Part shown: positions 26,149 to 41,153 of the stretch, in pieces
How positions within the stretch are numbered: the stretch's first letter is position 1
How the letters are laid out: the number at the start of each line of letters is the position of its first letter
Notes under the pieces: generated by a model
Told to the model about the DNA's origin: nothing
Database searches by the model: none
What the model saw: only the letters and a program-made list of their open reading frames with translations
Assembly: GCF_009914755.1 (NCBI RefSeq)
Contig: NC_060930.1
Length of the DNA stretch: 64,000 nucleotides
Strand: one strand, 5' to 3'
From: the human T2T-CHM13v2.0 reference genome, Homo sapiens
Program-made: the position numbers and the translations under genes

Positions 26149-26344
26149 TTAAATGCTCACCAAATTCTGAGGTGATTTAGCTTTCACACTGACTTATTTG
26201 GCAGGTAGGATATCTGCATTTTAAAAAACTGGATGCAGTTTATCATATATGAATTATATCCCAATTTAAAACAATGCAGATCTCCCACCTGCCAAATAAG
26301 TCAATGTGAAAGCTAAATCACCTCAGAATTTGGAGAGCATTTAA
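26149..26344. repeat. 72-bp inverted repeat (26149-26220 / 26273-26344), 52-bp spacer
   Basis: Arms match at 68/72 positions by manual alignment. Confidence 0.95.
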
Positions 26345-27202
26345 AATTACAGCATGGCAAATTTGTTTAGATCATAGACTTGGGTTTTAAAAGACATGGG
26401 GGTGGGTCTCCATGTTGGCTTTGTTGCTATCTACAGAGCGGTCACAAAGCCCCTGCATCTTCTAGTTATAAGTTATCTCGTTCTATTCCTCTGTTTGCCA
26501 TTCAATCTAAGATTTTTCCTATGCTCTTCTTCGCATCATGGACTAATAGTGGCCACAGTGTCCCCATGCATGAGATTCTGCCTGAAACAGATGATGATGG
26601 AAAAGCAGACTCAGGCAGAAGTCTTAACCTTTAGGAGCCTATTTTCCCATCTGTAAGATGGGAATACCATCAAACTACTGTGTGACTGGAATGGACATGT
26701 AACTTGGTATTGGTAATAGCAGTGCAGTTTATAATATATGATAAACAAATATTTATTAAAAGAATGAGCAAATGAATGGATGGATTTACTAAAATGAAGG
26801 TAGAGTTTATAAGAATGTGTGCATATGTTAGGGTTGGAAAGCCAGCAGGTTGATAAAGGAATGAAATACCTAATTTAACTTAGAAATACTCTAAGAAATC
26901 AGCTTTCTGATGAGAAGAATCACTTAGCGATGTATGACGTGTTGTGCTTCACACAAATTAGGACTCATGAAATTGTGAAGAGCTCCATTTAACACAAAAT
27001 TTTGAAATGCAAGAGATGATGTGTTAACTGGCCAATTACCCAGCCGCTTAAAAACCATGATTATCGTACAAAAGTGACATTTCAGTTTTTAGTAGGTTCT
27101 GTGTAAGGTAAACACGGTGCTAGAGCAGAACACTTCGCAGCTCATTTGCTGATACAAGTCATTCACCACTTTTATGTACCAGTTTAGAATAGGAATCTGA
27201 AT

Positions 27203-27208
27203 TTTATT
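27203..27208 (-). terminator. Distal polyadenylation signal AATAAA
   Basis: tttatt on + strand, upstream UGUA (27244-27247), downstream GUGGUG (~27163-27168); last AATAAA before repeat-containing flank. Confidence 0.75.
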
Positions 27209-28911
27209 AAAAACAAAAATAAATCTAAAAAGCTTCCTTCAGTTACAAATATGCACAAGAATTTCTGCATTACATCATTTGACATAAAATGTTCTGAATG
27301 ACAGAAGTAGAAGTAGAACTTACTACCATTTGAAGACAGGAGTTGAGCGCTGAAAACCACACACATTTATAGAAAGAAACCAAAGTTTCACAGGGAAGAC
27401 CTGTGATCTCTGGCTACAGGAGCTGAAATTAGGAACATGAAAGAAACTTGAAGAGAGAAGACATTCAATACTCTAAAATACTTCAGCAAAAATAGTCAAA
27501 CATCTGTAAACAACTTGTAACAAATCTTTATATGTTGTGTTGCTATGCGGTAAATATTCTTAACTGATTATTATTCAACTCAAAAAAGTGATTTTTATTG
27601 CTCACGAATACTTCCCTCTAGATTAGATAAAAGCTTGCTTTCTTTTCCTGGAGTCAAGAGTAAAATGTAATTAGGGCTTACTCAGTGATTGTTTTTGAAT
27701 TTCTTAGACTGGGGCATTCCAGCCACTTGCTTGGCTGTTTGCAATTTTCACCCAAAAAACGGTCAAAATAAATTGTAAAACCAGAACGAATAAGTTTGGC
27801 TCCTTGTTAACATTTTTATTTGCAGGATGGATGAGGAAACTGATGAAACTGGCTGTGGATTTTAATTATCCCTGGTATCTTTTTCTCCCATCTCCAAGGA
27901 TCATCAGGACTTAAAAGCATGAAATTGACAACACAACTACTTAAAAACAGAGTAAGGCTGAACTGTACTCAATGTCCAGGGCAACTACAGTACTGAAAAT
28001 CTCAAGGAACTTACTGTAAACAAACAAGCAACTGTTCAACAGCCTCTTGCATTTGGTACCATGACTAAAATCTACTATTTTCTTCCATTTACCTATCTGG
28101 ATATTTTTATGAAATGACTACATGTAAAAACCATAATAAAATTTCCCTTTAAATGTGTTATAATACAGCAAAACACATCAATGACTATAAATAAAATCTG
28201 AAATCTCGAATGCTAAATCCTAATGGAAACATCAAGCCTTAGCATTCATGCTTGGATATCTCGTGCTGAGATAAAAGGCCTCTTTAAAGTGACTAGGTCC
28301 CTTTCAGTGGAGTGACAGATGTACATACAAGCAACAATGCTATGGAGGAGTCATGCTTTATCCTAGTCTACAGTTATTTTCTCTGCCAATTTTATTTTAC
28401 TATTACTATGCTGAATCCAATATCTGTTTCAGCTAGGTAATCAAATTTGGGAACAATAACACTCCTTTTATTTAAATTAAATGACAGAAGACATTTATTT
28501 CCAGGAAGCTTTCTAAAATAGCTTTTGAAGAAGCTAAAAATAACAGTTTAGTATTCACCTGTATTGCTTGTATACACAAGGAATTCATTACAAAACTCAG
28601 TGGTAGGAGGAAAAAATAATGGAAGAAAAAGTTACCTGCTTTAGCATTTTAAAGAATAGTTTTGATAACTTCTTAGATCTTGCTTATCTGAAATAGAGCA
28701 AAAACTACAATACAGTCATGATAGAATTCTAATAATCACAGCAATTAATGCTTTCATTTTGAACTTTTTCTTCATAAAACATTAATGCTATATAAATCAG
28801 ACTGATGACATCCTTATTTAAAAGACATCTTGTACTGGTATCAAAATGTGACTTATTTTAACACCAACTGAAAAAATATAGAGTTTGTATAGTCTATTAT
28901 TTCAGTGTCAT

Positions 28912-29311
28912 TTTATTATTAAAGTTATTCTGAAGGTTTTGGTAGCAAAATTACTGTTAACAATATAAATACTCTGTAAGTGTTGAAATTCTCTTGAAAG
29001 TGTTGAAAGGTGGCAGGCATTCTAGAACGGGATTGTAAGGAAAATCAAATATTCCAATATCCAGGATAATTAGGACACTTGTTGAATTTATATTTACTTC
29101 TTTAACTTCCTTCTGATTTGCCTGGTTTATTTCTCATTTGGTATCATAAAAAGAAATCTTAAGTCCAAGCTTTTTTTAGCTGGAGTAATTACTTCCATTT
29201 TCCATTATTTTTCTTCATTTTTTTTTTTTCAAATACATGAGAAAACAATCCAAGAATCACTGCAGGAAGAAATGATCATTTAAGCTCAATCATGTTCTTT
29301 TGCCTTTTAAT
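28912..29311 (-). terminator. Candidate proximal poly(A) signals: ATTAAA 29306-29311, AATAAA 29126-29131, AATAAA 28912-28917
   Basis: Hexamers seen on the minus strand; usage cannot be read from sequence. Confidence 0.45.
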
Positions 29312-29634
29312 TTCATTTAAGAGATTAATATTAGAGTCATAAAAGCTTTACAGTTTCAACACACATACACACAATCACAGAATTAAAAATCTTTACTCCT
29401 TAAAAAAAAATGAGTTCCATTTTGTTCAATGTATCACAATCAAATTTTAGTCTAACAAAATCCGGTAAAACTGCTTTCATTAAATAGAGCAGCTGCCACT
29501 TACCTTTACATATTTTACGGATGGAACTGAGTTCAGTACTGATCCAAGGATGCTGGCATCAAAGCCCTTACACGGAACTATCCCTAAAGGTTCCGTATTT
29601 CCGTAATATACCACCAATCACTCTAAATTTATAA

Positions 29635-29642
29635 TACCCTGT
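29635..29642 (-). promoter_or_regulatory. miR-10 8mer target site (ACAGGGTA)
   Basis: Exact complement of miR-10 nt 2-8 plus A1; miR-10a regulation of MAP3K7 is established. Confidence 0.8.
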
Positions 29643-29690
29643 CTTTAACTTGGTATATACCATCTTTTGGGAAAAAAATTATTAATATTT

Positions 29691-29698
29691 TGAGATGA
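29691..29698 (-). promoter_or_regulatory. miR-143-3p 8mer target site (TCATCTCA)
   Basis: Exact seed match in the proximal 3' UTR. Confidence 0.7.
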
Positions 29699-29874
29699 GA
29701 TACAAGAATAAAGTCATTCTTGAGGTTCCACCTCTAATATGAAAAAATGGACGCTGTTTGCACATAGCAGCTAGTTTGATACCTCCTGTTCTGTTAGGCT
29801 AGCCTTCACACAATGAGCATGCATATACAGCCACAGTTCACTGCATCTGTTTTGAAGTTGCAAAGTGCTGCTCA

Positions 29875-29881
29875 TTCAAGT
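29875..29881 (-). promoter_or_regulatory. miR-26 7mer-A1 target site (ACTTGAA)
   Basis: Seed match ~220 nt after the stop codon. Confidence 0.6.
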
Positions 29882-30096
29882 CACAGATGCTACCATGTTA
29901 TGCAATGAAACAGTAAAATTGTATGTCCACCATGAGAAAAGGAAAATAAACAATGAAAAAAATGCAGCAAATATAGGCAGTTGGCATTCAGAACACGCCA
30001 AAAAGCTAACACTCATGAATCGTCATTATAAGGTTTTCCTTTCCTTAAAAAAAAAGTCTTTCTTTGCATATTTCAAAATGTAACGGTCCCAGAGAA

Positions 30097-30300
<204 letters not shown>

Positions 30301-32041
30301 TTACACATGATGGAAAAATTCATACCTTAGTAGCTGATGATGGAAGCTCAATTAATGAGAATTTTTATTCTTGGTTTATCATTTTGCATCTTAGGTACAC
30401 TAATCAAATATAATTATGGGCTGGGATGGAACTCTCATCTACTTCTAGTGTAATCATACAAATAACATAATCCTTTTATTAAGTAACTGTACTTGGATAA
30501 TTAGCGAAGCAGATAAAATGGTAAAATAAAAGTTTCAGAAAATTTCATTTTCTATCCTCTTTTTGTGTAGGAAGGATGAAAAAAGGCTGGGAAGGGTTCT
30601 ATGTGGCTATGGGAAAATATCATGAAGTTTTTATCCTTCACATTCTACTTTTATACTGATTCACATTCTGAAGTCACAATCCTACTTAACTATAGCAGAG
30701 AGTGGTAAGCTAATAGCAAATTTGCAATCTAATTAAAATAAATGCTATCCAATTTAAAGCTTTTTCCCATTTTAAAGCAGTGAGAAAAATGACAAAGTAC
30801 CACTTCTTTTAAAACACTTACATTTGCAAGCACTTTCAGGAAAGACCCTCATTCTTTTATAGTCTGATAAACTTATTTAAGTCCCTCTTATTTGGGAACT
30901 ATTAAGTATTCCCGAAAAAGATGCATCTTTAGGCATTTCCTAAAGTGAGGTTACTGGATATAAATGAATAATTAATAAAAAGTCCTCAAGCAAAATAACT
31001 AACTAATACTACTTCTGAAAGTATTTAAAATTGATTAAAACTGTCATAGTTTTCACAGCCAACACCCTAATCCACCATTTGTTTTTTCCAGCATAGAATA
31101 CTTCTTTCAAATGATTAAAGTATGGCAAAAGTATAGGTTAAATAAGTGAAATAAGAAATCAAGCTTTTTCAACATAAAAGTGCCAGCAGTTTGATAATTA
31201 CTTCTACGATTTCCAAACTGTAGTATTTAATTTCCTATTTAGGCTTACCTTTCAAATACCAGGTTGGTTCCATTTAAATCACTGTATCAATAAATTATGA
31301 TAAAACAATTTTTTCTCTCTTTTTTTTGAAGTACATACAGAAAGCTTTTCGCAAATTCAGAAAAAAACAACTTTCATTTATTTAGATTAAAATTAATGAA
31401 GGGAATCCTATTATCATACATATATAAAGTTGCCAAAATTTTTTCCTTATCACTTCATTTTAGTTACCACCAACAATTCAGTTACCTAAGTATAAAATTT
31501 CATGAAGGTCATGCTTAAGAAAACTGAAGATACATACATATTTAAGAACTGTGAATGTAGTAGTAAGGAAATTAGGCTGTGTTTCTTTAAAAAGGGAGGA
31601 AGGCAGTTTCTATAACTCCTCAGAAAAACACTCAGTTATGAAATACAGTCTTTTAATAAGTAATCCAATTCTAAACATACACCTGGAAAAAATGTATCTA
31701 CAAAAATGTTTCTAAGATAAGGCACAACTGAATGTTAATAAATCAAATTATTTTATCTATTTACAAGAAAACAATAAATCTTTATAATAATAAGTCTAAA
31801 CAGCTCTGAGAACATAAAACAACAAGTATAAAGCACCAGTTTATTTTCCATAGCACTAATATGATAGTCAAAAGGATTGAGTTTTGCATAAAAAATTTTT
31901 AGTAAAAGGGTGCTTAAAGCTTAAACAAGTTGAAAGTATACTTAATGACTAATTCTAAAAACTACGTTTTCATTGCACCTTATCATATTTTAAACTCAAA
32001 ATACTAATGTATTTTTATTTTTATTCATAAAAAATAACTTA

Positions 32042-32188
<147 letters not shown>

Positions 32189-32826
32189 TTAAATCAAATT
32201 TCAATATCTAGCTAAGATGAGAGTCAAGACAGAGACTGTGATATATTTTTATAGCACTAAAGCAATGATCTTTTAAAAATAAGTGTTAAACCATGCCCTA
32301 GAAAATCTCAGTGTCCTTTTGTCAGAATTAACTCAGCATTTAAATCTATTCTTGCTGTTTTAACAGTCTGTTACAGAGAATCATGATTGTTGGAGTTGTA
32401 GTCTCTGGTATGACATTTCAGGCTGCAAACAGGCTCAAACTAAATGATGTTTATAGCCCTCATACTCATGAGGGGGCACTGAAGTATATTATTTACATTT
32501 TCAGTCACTATGAACATGAGAATGTATCACAAATGTATTAAATAGAAATAAGCTTATGAGTTTTGTTTTAATGCACTAAAATTAAAGAGTGAAAATGTAA
32601 TGCTTAGCAGTACTAAAGAAAGATACTGGAGGATTTTAAGATGACTGAAAAGATAAGAATATGATTCTGCCAATTTAAAGTTTGATTAACTTAACCAAAA
32701 GAATTATTTTGATTTGATTCTAAAAAGTTTAAGGAGGCCAACTAAAAGGATAAATTAAGGAGTGACTATACAATGACAGGTAGCAACACAATTGTCAACT
32801 TAAACTCTCTAAGAAGAAAAAAGTCA

Positions 32827-32922
<96 letters not shown>

Positions 32923-34854
32923 TCAAGCATGTATTTTATTGATTTTCTGTCACAAATAATTATAAACGAACAGCAAGAAAGCATGAATGAAATGCTTTTT
33001 TTCCCTAAAGTAAATAATATGTAAATTAAAAGTTACAGCTATTGGTAATTGAAGAGTCTATTTCTGAATTCTAAAGGTTAAAAAAAGGATATTCAATTAT
33101 CAGATATTAGAATGCAATTATATTCTCATACCTATAATTTAAGTTGGCTATAAACTGAATAGAACACAATATATTAGAGCTTCTAAGCTCTTAATTAAAA
33201 ACAAAAACAGTGATGAGACCTTTATATTTTAAATTCAGTCTTAATTGACCCTATCTAATCAAACTCCCCATCTCTTTTCTTTATCATGCTAAGTTTATTT
33301 TATAGAAGGCTATATCAACTCTGCTAATATCAGTGTTCCTTAACAGGGAAAGGGAGAAAGCAGAGACACATTCTCTTCCAGTGGATCATTTTCAATTTAT
33401 ATAGATTATAATGTGACCTCCACCACTCATCCTGCCCTTCCCAGTAAGAATCACTGCAGAAAACGAGATGTTGGTGATGAGAGTATATTACAAATACGAA
33501 CAGTAAGGAACCAAAATGAGGTTGAAACCTGTGGCTCAATGTCATGCCGAAAACAGTTAAGTTGATTAATTCAAACAATCAGTCAATTTTATAAAATTAT
33601 TTGAATAGAATGCTTTTGTTTATATTTCAAAAGAGGTAAAACTGCCATACAACTTGACTGAGATGCGTGGGACAGTCTCTTCTCAACATTTATGGTTATG
33701 TAGAACAGTTCCAGAAGTAAACAGAGTAACTCTGAAGCAATACAGACTTTTCTACTTCAGAAGTAGTTGCTTTCCCACTGTTAGTAGACAAAAAAAGAGC
33801 TAAATGAGTGAGCTCTTCAGCCTTTTTCTGACGAATAACTCCTTGAAGGAGTGGTGTGGATAAAGGCAAGTCAGGAAGACAGCAGACGCACTGTATGCAA
33901 TCCAAAAAAACTCAAGAAGGGTTGCTGGCTCAGTAATCTTCTAATTTATTGTCAACTGATAATCCAGGTGTTTTTTTTTCTTTTTGCTTTTGTTTTTGTT
34001 TTTTTAAAGCCACTGAGAACGTGCTCTCAAGAAACTCCAAAAGCTAATTAGCGAAATCAGACCAAATGAGCCAGTGCATGTGAGGAACACCATGCAAATC
34101 CTGGCGTATATTAAGCACTCAATACATGACGGTAGTTATCATTATTATTCATACTAAATGGAGAATTAGAAAGAACAATTTAAAATAGTATAGTATGAAT
34201 TCCATATTGAAAAAGTAATGTTTATTAAATATTGCAGGGCAATACAGAAAAACAGTAGAGACTTAAGGCACTTACCCTTACCCTTAAGGCTCATATACAG
34301 TACTAACATAAATGTGTGTTTTTCTGAAGTGGCTAAACAAGAAATATACTTAATTTGTTATTTCTCTGACCAACTCTTCTCCCACCCCAACAGTGGTTTC
34401 AAACTACGCTCCCACATAAACACTGCTTTCCACAAAACTAAAACTGATTAAAAATGACTGATTTCCTCCTGATTTACTAGAAAAATTTAAGTGTCTTGAA
34501 AAAGTTTCAATTTAAGATTTCCATTCCTATTATTCTTTCTTAAATCACTGATACATTATATATCTCATTATATCAGCACCCTGTATCTGATATGTATTTT
34601 AGAATTAAGCTTAATACATCAGTGTTGCGTGGTATTCTGGGAGTAGAAAAAAAGTCCAAGGATTGTGTTATTCAAATAATTAAAGCCCTTGTATGGTGGG
34701 GAACTTAAGGTCCTTCATTGAATTTCATCTTCTCTCTAAAAAAAGAAGTGGGATTTCACTTTCTCACTTTACACTAAATTGATATTGAACTTCCAATCTC
34801 TACTAGCAATAATTGGTCACAGATCGGAAGATTATTTAATGAAAGTTTTTTGCG

Positions 34855-34876
34855 TGTGTGTGTGTGTGTGTGTGTG
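34855..34876. repeat. (TG)11 microsatellite in intron 14
   Basis: Direct reading. Confidence 0.95.
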
Positions 34877-37241
34877 TTTCAATTGCTAATCAAATCTAAT
34901 TGCTTCTCCTGAATGTCAAAGCTCATGTTGGTTTGGTTAAATTAAGGCAAACTCTCTTTTCTGACCCCTCAAACACAACACTTGTTACTATCTCATATTC
35001 TTTGAGTATGCATTCCCTTCAGTGGAATGCTGCCTTCTCCTTTCTGCTTTATGGCTAAAGAAAAGTCTCATCATTTTATGAAAAGGCCAGAGACTATGCC
35101 AAGTCTTGTTGAACTGATTTCTCTTACAACTATCAAAACACTCAGCTTGTACTATAAGTTTAGTAAGTTATTATATAGTATAAGTTTATTTTTAATGTGT
35201 CAGTATTATGACTCTAACCAGAATGCAAGGAATGGGCCATGTCTTACACTTTATATTAATACATGTTTGCAAAGTACTAAGCAAAGGTGAAAATTCTTTA
35301 GTGAGTTTCCCCCTCTGCGGCTCCCTCTACTGCGTCTAGATCTCTCTCTCACTAGATCCTCTCAGTATGTGTGTCTTTTTGAATACCCATTATATTATAA
35401 ATAGGAACTGAAGAGCGCTTATTATCGGCTATGATTATTAAATTGTTATGCTCTTTAGCTTTCTCTGAAAATATACAAAAACCTCTCAAATTAAAAAAAT
35501 TTAATTAGGTCACTTTAACTTACATTTACACTCTTAATTTTTTCCTTGGTCAGTGGGCCTTCAAAGAAAAAGACTTTACCTATCTGTTCCCTAATTTATT
35601 CTATTAGCTTGGTTATCAATATTTTTCTTACAAATACTGCAAAGCTGAATTAATTATAAACTTAAACCAGAGCATCCATTTTTAAAATGTATTCAAAATT
35701 ATAGCCACACATGTGCAATATATTTCAAGGCAAAGACAAAATTCAGCTGATATTGCAAATTATTTCTAGCAATTGGTATTTTGTGGTGTTTCTAGGTACA
35801 GAAAAAGAAAACAATGGGACGGGAGTTGGAAGGTAGAAGCAACATATGAAGCAGAAATGTAGCAGTTATGTGAGAGAGAGCCTTAAACATTTTTTATTTT
35901 ACCCCCATGAAGTCACAATCTGCCACACTATTGACTGGCATATACAGATTAGTGTAGACTGAAGACAGAAGGCTCTGCTGAGTTGAGTACCAGACCCGGG
36001 CAAATGCTGTAATGTCAGAGAACGTACTCCCTTGCCAGGGGGTTCAGAAATCAAAAAGAGCTGCTATCACCTGAATGTTAATGATAAAACTGGGCAAGAG
36101 CATTGCCCTGTCTACCACTGGGGAGGAGCAAGTCTATAATGAATTCTACACATGTGCTGCGTAGTGGTGAATGCTCTGGACAGTCCTAGGTTGGGCTGTG
36201 CTAGGGGTGAAACAGGAGTTTTTGCCGCCACTAAATTTAAACTTACTAAAACTAGAGAGTACACCCTGGCTAAACATAGTTCTATCTTACATGACACACA
36301 GAAAAACCACCCAGTTAATTTTTTAAATTAAATTATAAACTTGACCAAACCACATCAGATAACTATAAATACTTGAGTTGTATTTTAGTTTGTAAAGACA
36401 GAAAGCTGGCTTTTAAACTTCAATCTAATTGTTACTATTAATAACATAGTCGATCTTATATAAAATATCAAATGCTTTAATTTTCCAAGGGCTAAGAGAT
36501 CATCTTTCCCTTCGTGACTTAATATAATATAAATAAAAAATTTCATAAGTACACTTAAAAGCATTTATCAAGGTATTCTCTTAAAGTTAGGGAAAAGTTA
36601 ATTCTACTATGGCACATCATTTCCTGTTTGCCCATAATGAAACGATGCCGTCACTACCTTTAGGCAGGTAGACATTAATACTAATATTGTGAACAGTTAG
36701 TTATTCATGTTGGGGAGCTTTAATAACTCATCACAGGTTTCTAAAGGTCTAATAGAATATTTGTATAACTGAAAATGGTGTCTCTTATCAGTTAAAAACA
36801 ATTCAAAAGGTCAATGGTCAGAATTTTTTTCAACTTAAGGTACATGACATCTCGTGTCCTTAAAAGATTGAGATGAAGATGATGGGGATGATTTTTACCA
36901 TTCTCCGATTTTGGTTACTGAAAAAATGACTTTACTACTATCATCTAGTAGGATGAATCTAGTAGGAAAATCACAGGCTGAAGTATCAAGAATTCAATAT
37001 GCTTCGCAACTGGAAAAAAACCCCAAACAGACAATCTTTAAAATACATGTTTAGTATCTGGATTAAAAAAAATACAGAAGGCAAGGCAGTCTCTGTCTCT
37101 GTATTCAAAATGGTATTTTAACATGTATTACTAAATAGTTTATTTAATATAAAAATCTAAACAACAGTATAATGCCTGCCTTTGTAAACATTAGAGTAAT
37201 GACATGGCCAAATGAATATAAACATGACTGATTCAACTTCA

Positions 37242-37373
<132 letters not shown>

Positions 37374-38937
37374 CTACAGGAAGAAGTCACAGGAGAAACA
37401 AAATGTGATTTTTTGATTAAAAAAAATGACGAGAACGTTTCCATTAAAAGGCAAGAAGAGACTTAGAGATCCCCCCAAAACTCTTGTAAACAACAAAATA
37501 AATCCTCTCTTATATATATGTAAAAATTTATATTCACTCACGCATGATACCTATTAAAAACTGATGAGCTTGCAAGAAACTAAGAAATACTCTGAGATTA
37601 GAAACAAAACAATATCAGGAAACTAGTAAGTGCTTAAGCTGACAGCCCTCGGAATTTCAACTAAACACCAATGGCCTAGAGCTACTGTTTTCACAGGCTG
37701 CTGCACTCAGAGGAATGGACCATAAAGCCTTGGGCCTTTGTAGGATGGAAGTAAGACTGGAGAAACCTCTGCTTAAAGCTAAAACTCAGCAAAGGCTTCA
37801 CTCTCAGAGAAAAGGTCACTCAACTAGGAAAAAAAAAATCTGACCTACAAAAGCAGACAGGAAACAAATTTGTCTCTCTTGGGTTAGTGGCTCTGGGTGG
37901 AAGGGAGAAATGTATTAACTGTGAATCCACAAAAAATTTCCAGATTGGATGCAGGTTACAACAAATTCCAACCACAACAAATCCCCAGCATAAGAAATAG
38001 GAGGAAGCTCACAAATTGAGTTCAACATGGAACGTATACATTCAAATTCTAGGAAACAATCAACAGGAGACAGAAACAGCAGCCAGAAGAAAGCAGAACA
38101 ATATCTTCAAAGTGCTGAAAAATAACTGCCAGTCTAGAATTGTCTAGCCAACAAAATTTGAAGATAGAGGCCAAAATAACATTCTTAGATGGGCAAAAAC
38201 TGAGTTTACCTTCCATACATTCTTACCACATAAGTTTTTCAAGCATGTATTTTTGGAAGAAGAAAAATTTTACTTGATAGAAGGATCAAGATGCAACAAG
38301 GAATAGTGATAAACAGGGAAATAAATCTACACACTGAAAACATTCAGTGACAGAAACAGTGAATTTATAGAATTATCAAACAAACAAGATGGCACTAAAA
38401 TTATAATAACAATAGCACAAGCATGAAAAGCACTGACTTAAAACTCCTTGTTTTAAATATTGTTCAGGATGAGGGTACAGATCTTTACTAGGTTGGGCAT
38501 GAATGTTAAAATTTCAAAGGTATTTACTAAAAGTAGTAATTAATATATAACTCCCAAACCAGAAAGAAAATAATAAAATGAAGAATAAATTTATTCAACT
38601 CAAAACTTGAAAGAAAAGAAAGAGAAATAAAACATAAGAGAGCAAACTTATCAGTAACCACAATAAATGTAAATGAATTACTCTCCAGTTAAGATATTTA
38701 AAAAAAAATCAGATTGTCAGGATGAATTAAATGCTATTTATAAGAGACATATCTAATTTACAGAGACAGAGAAAACAGAAAGTTAAAGGATAAAAAAAGA
38801 AAACCAGGCAAAAACTACCCCAAATAAGGTACCTATATTAATATCAGAGAGAATGTATTTTAGGGTCCAAAAAATTACTAGAGAAAGAGATAATATGATA
38901 AGTGGTTCAATTCAGAATACAACAATTCAAAATTTAT

Positions 38938-39733
<796 letters not shown>

Positions 39734-40844
39734 CACAGTAATATATTTTAATATTCTTCTGTAAATTATATAAAAGGAGACCAAAAAAACAAAACAAAAC
39801 ACACACAGTAAAACTTGAACTCCATAAAAAACAAGCTTAATCTAAACATAAGTGACTTTACGCCTAGCAAATGAAGAATACACATTCTTTTTAAGCATTC
39901 ATGGGACACTAATGAAAACTGATTATGTACTAAGCTATAAAGCAAATCTCAAAGTTAAAAAAAATTTCAGTATCATAACTTAATTACTTTTTATACTGAT
40001 TTCAAAACCTTTAAAAATCTTTTGTTTTGAAAAACACTTCTAAATAACTCATTGGTCAAAGAAGAAAACAAAAGGGACATTAGAAAGTACTTGAACTGAC
40101 TTTTAACGTGAATCATGCTAATACTTGGGGATGTGACTATAAGAGCATTTAAAGGAAAATATTTAATTCTAAATATATATATGAAAAAACCAGAAACACT
40201 GACAATTTATAAGCTAGAGATCTAACTTAGTTAAAAAAAAGAATTTGCCTCCCAAAATGAAAAATAGTAAAAGATAGTATTTTGAAATCGGAGACAATAC
40301 TATAAAAATGAACACATTCTTTAAAAAAAAGTTTCAAAAATTCCTATACATTATAGAAAATACCAAGCACAGAGGAGGGTTTTACAGGTAAGTTCTATCA
40401 AACATTCAAGATAAGGATTTTTCCAATCTTAAATTATCCTAAACAAAGAAAGAAGAAACTTTCTGACCCATTCTGTGAAGGCAGTAAAAATCAATATGTA
40501 AGGACAGTGTGAGAAAGAAAGTTACAACTGAACCTCACTTCCAAAAAAATAAAATAAAAATAAAAAGACACAAAAGTCAAAATTTCTAAAAATTATATTA
40601 GCAAATATAATGTGGCAGTGTAGAAGCAATAAAAACCATTTAAAAAGTTTAGTTTATCCAACTTTGCAAATGACTGCAAAGGTCACTCATCTGACATTAG
40701 GAAATTCCATTAATAAAATTAATCACATCAACAGATTAAAGGACAAAACCTCAACAGATGCAGAAAAAGCATTTGACAACATTTAACATCTACTTATAAA
40801 AAAGACATTTAACAAACTTAAATTCCATGTATGAGAAGAGAATT

Positions 40845-41153
40845 TCTTTTTCTTTCTTTCTTTTTTTTTTGAGACAGGGTCTTGTTCTCTTGCCCAGGCT
40901 GGTGTGCAATGGCACCAACACAGCTCACTGCAGCTTTGACCTCCTGGGCTCAAGTAATCCTCCCACCTCAGCCTCCTCAGTAGCTGGAACCACATGCTCA
41001 CGGCACCATGCATGGCTAATTTTAAAAAAAATTTGTGTAGAGACGGGGTCTCGCCCGTGTTGTGCAGGCTGGTCTTGAACTCCTGGGCTCAAGCGATCCT
41101 CCTGCCTCAGCCTCCTAACGTGCTGGGATTATAGGTGTGAGCCCCTGTGCCCA
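40845..41153 (-). mobile_element. AluJ
   Basis: Dimeric Alu antisense with T-rich tail. Confidence 0.95.

Larger units (their letters stand above)
27180..30096 (-). other. MAP3K7: MAP3K7 3' UTR (long form, ~2.9 kb)
   Basis: Repeat-free AT-rich sequence from the stop codon to the AATAAA at 27203-27208; the 3' end is inferred. Confidence 0.8.

Noticed and set aside
29218-29229. A12 run (minus strand) as an mRNA end
   Set aside because: Genomic A-tract, a likely oligo-dT internal-priming artefact rather than a cleavage site.
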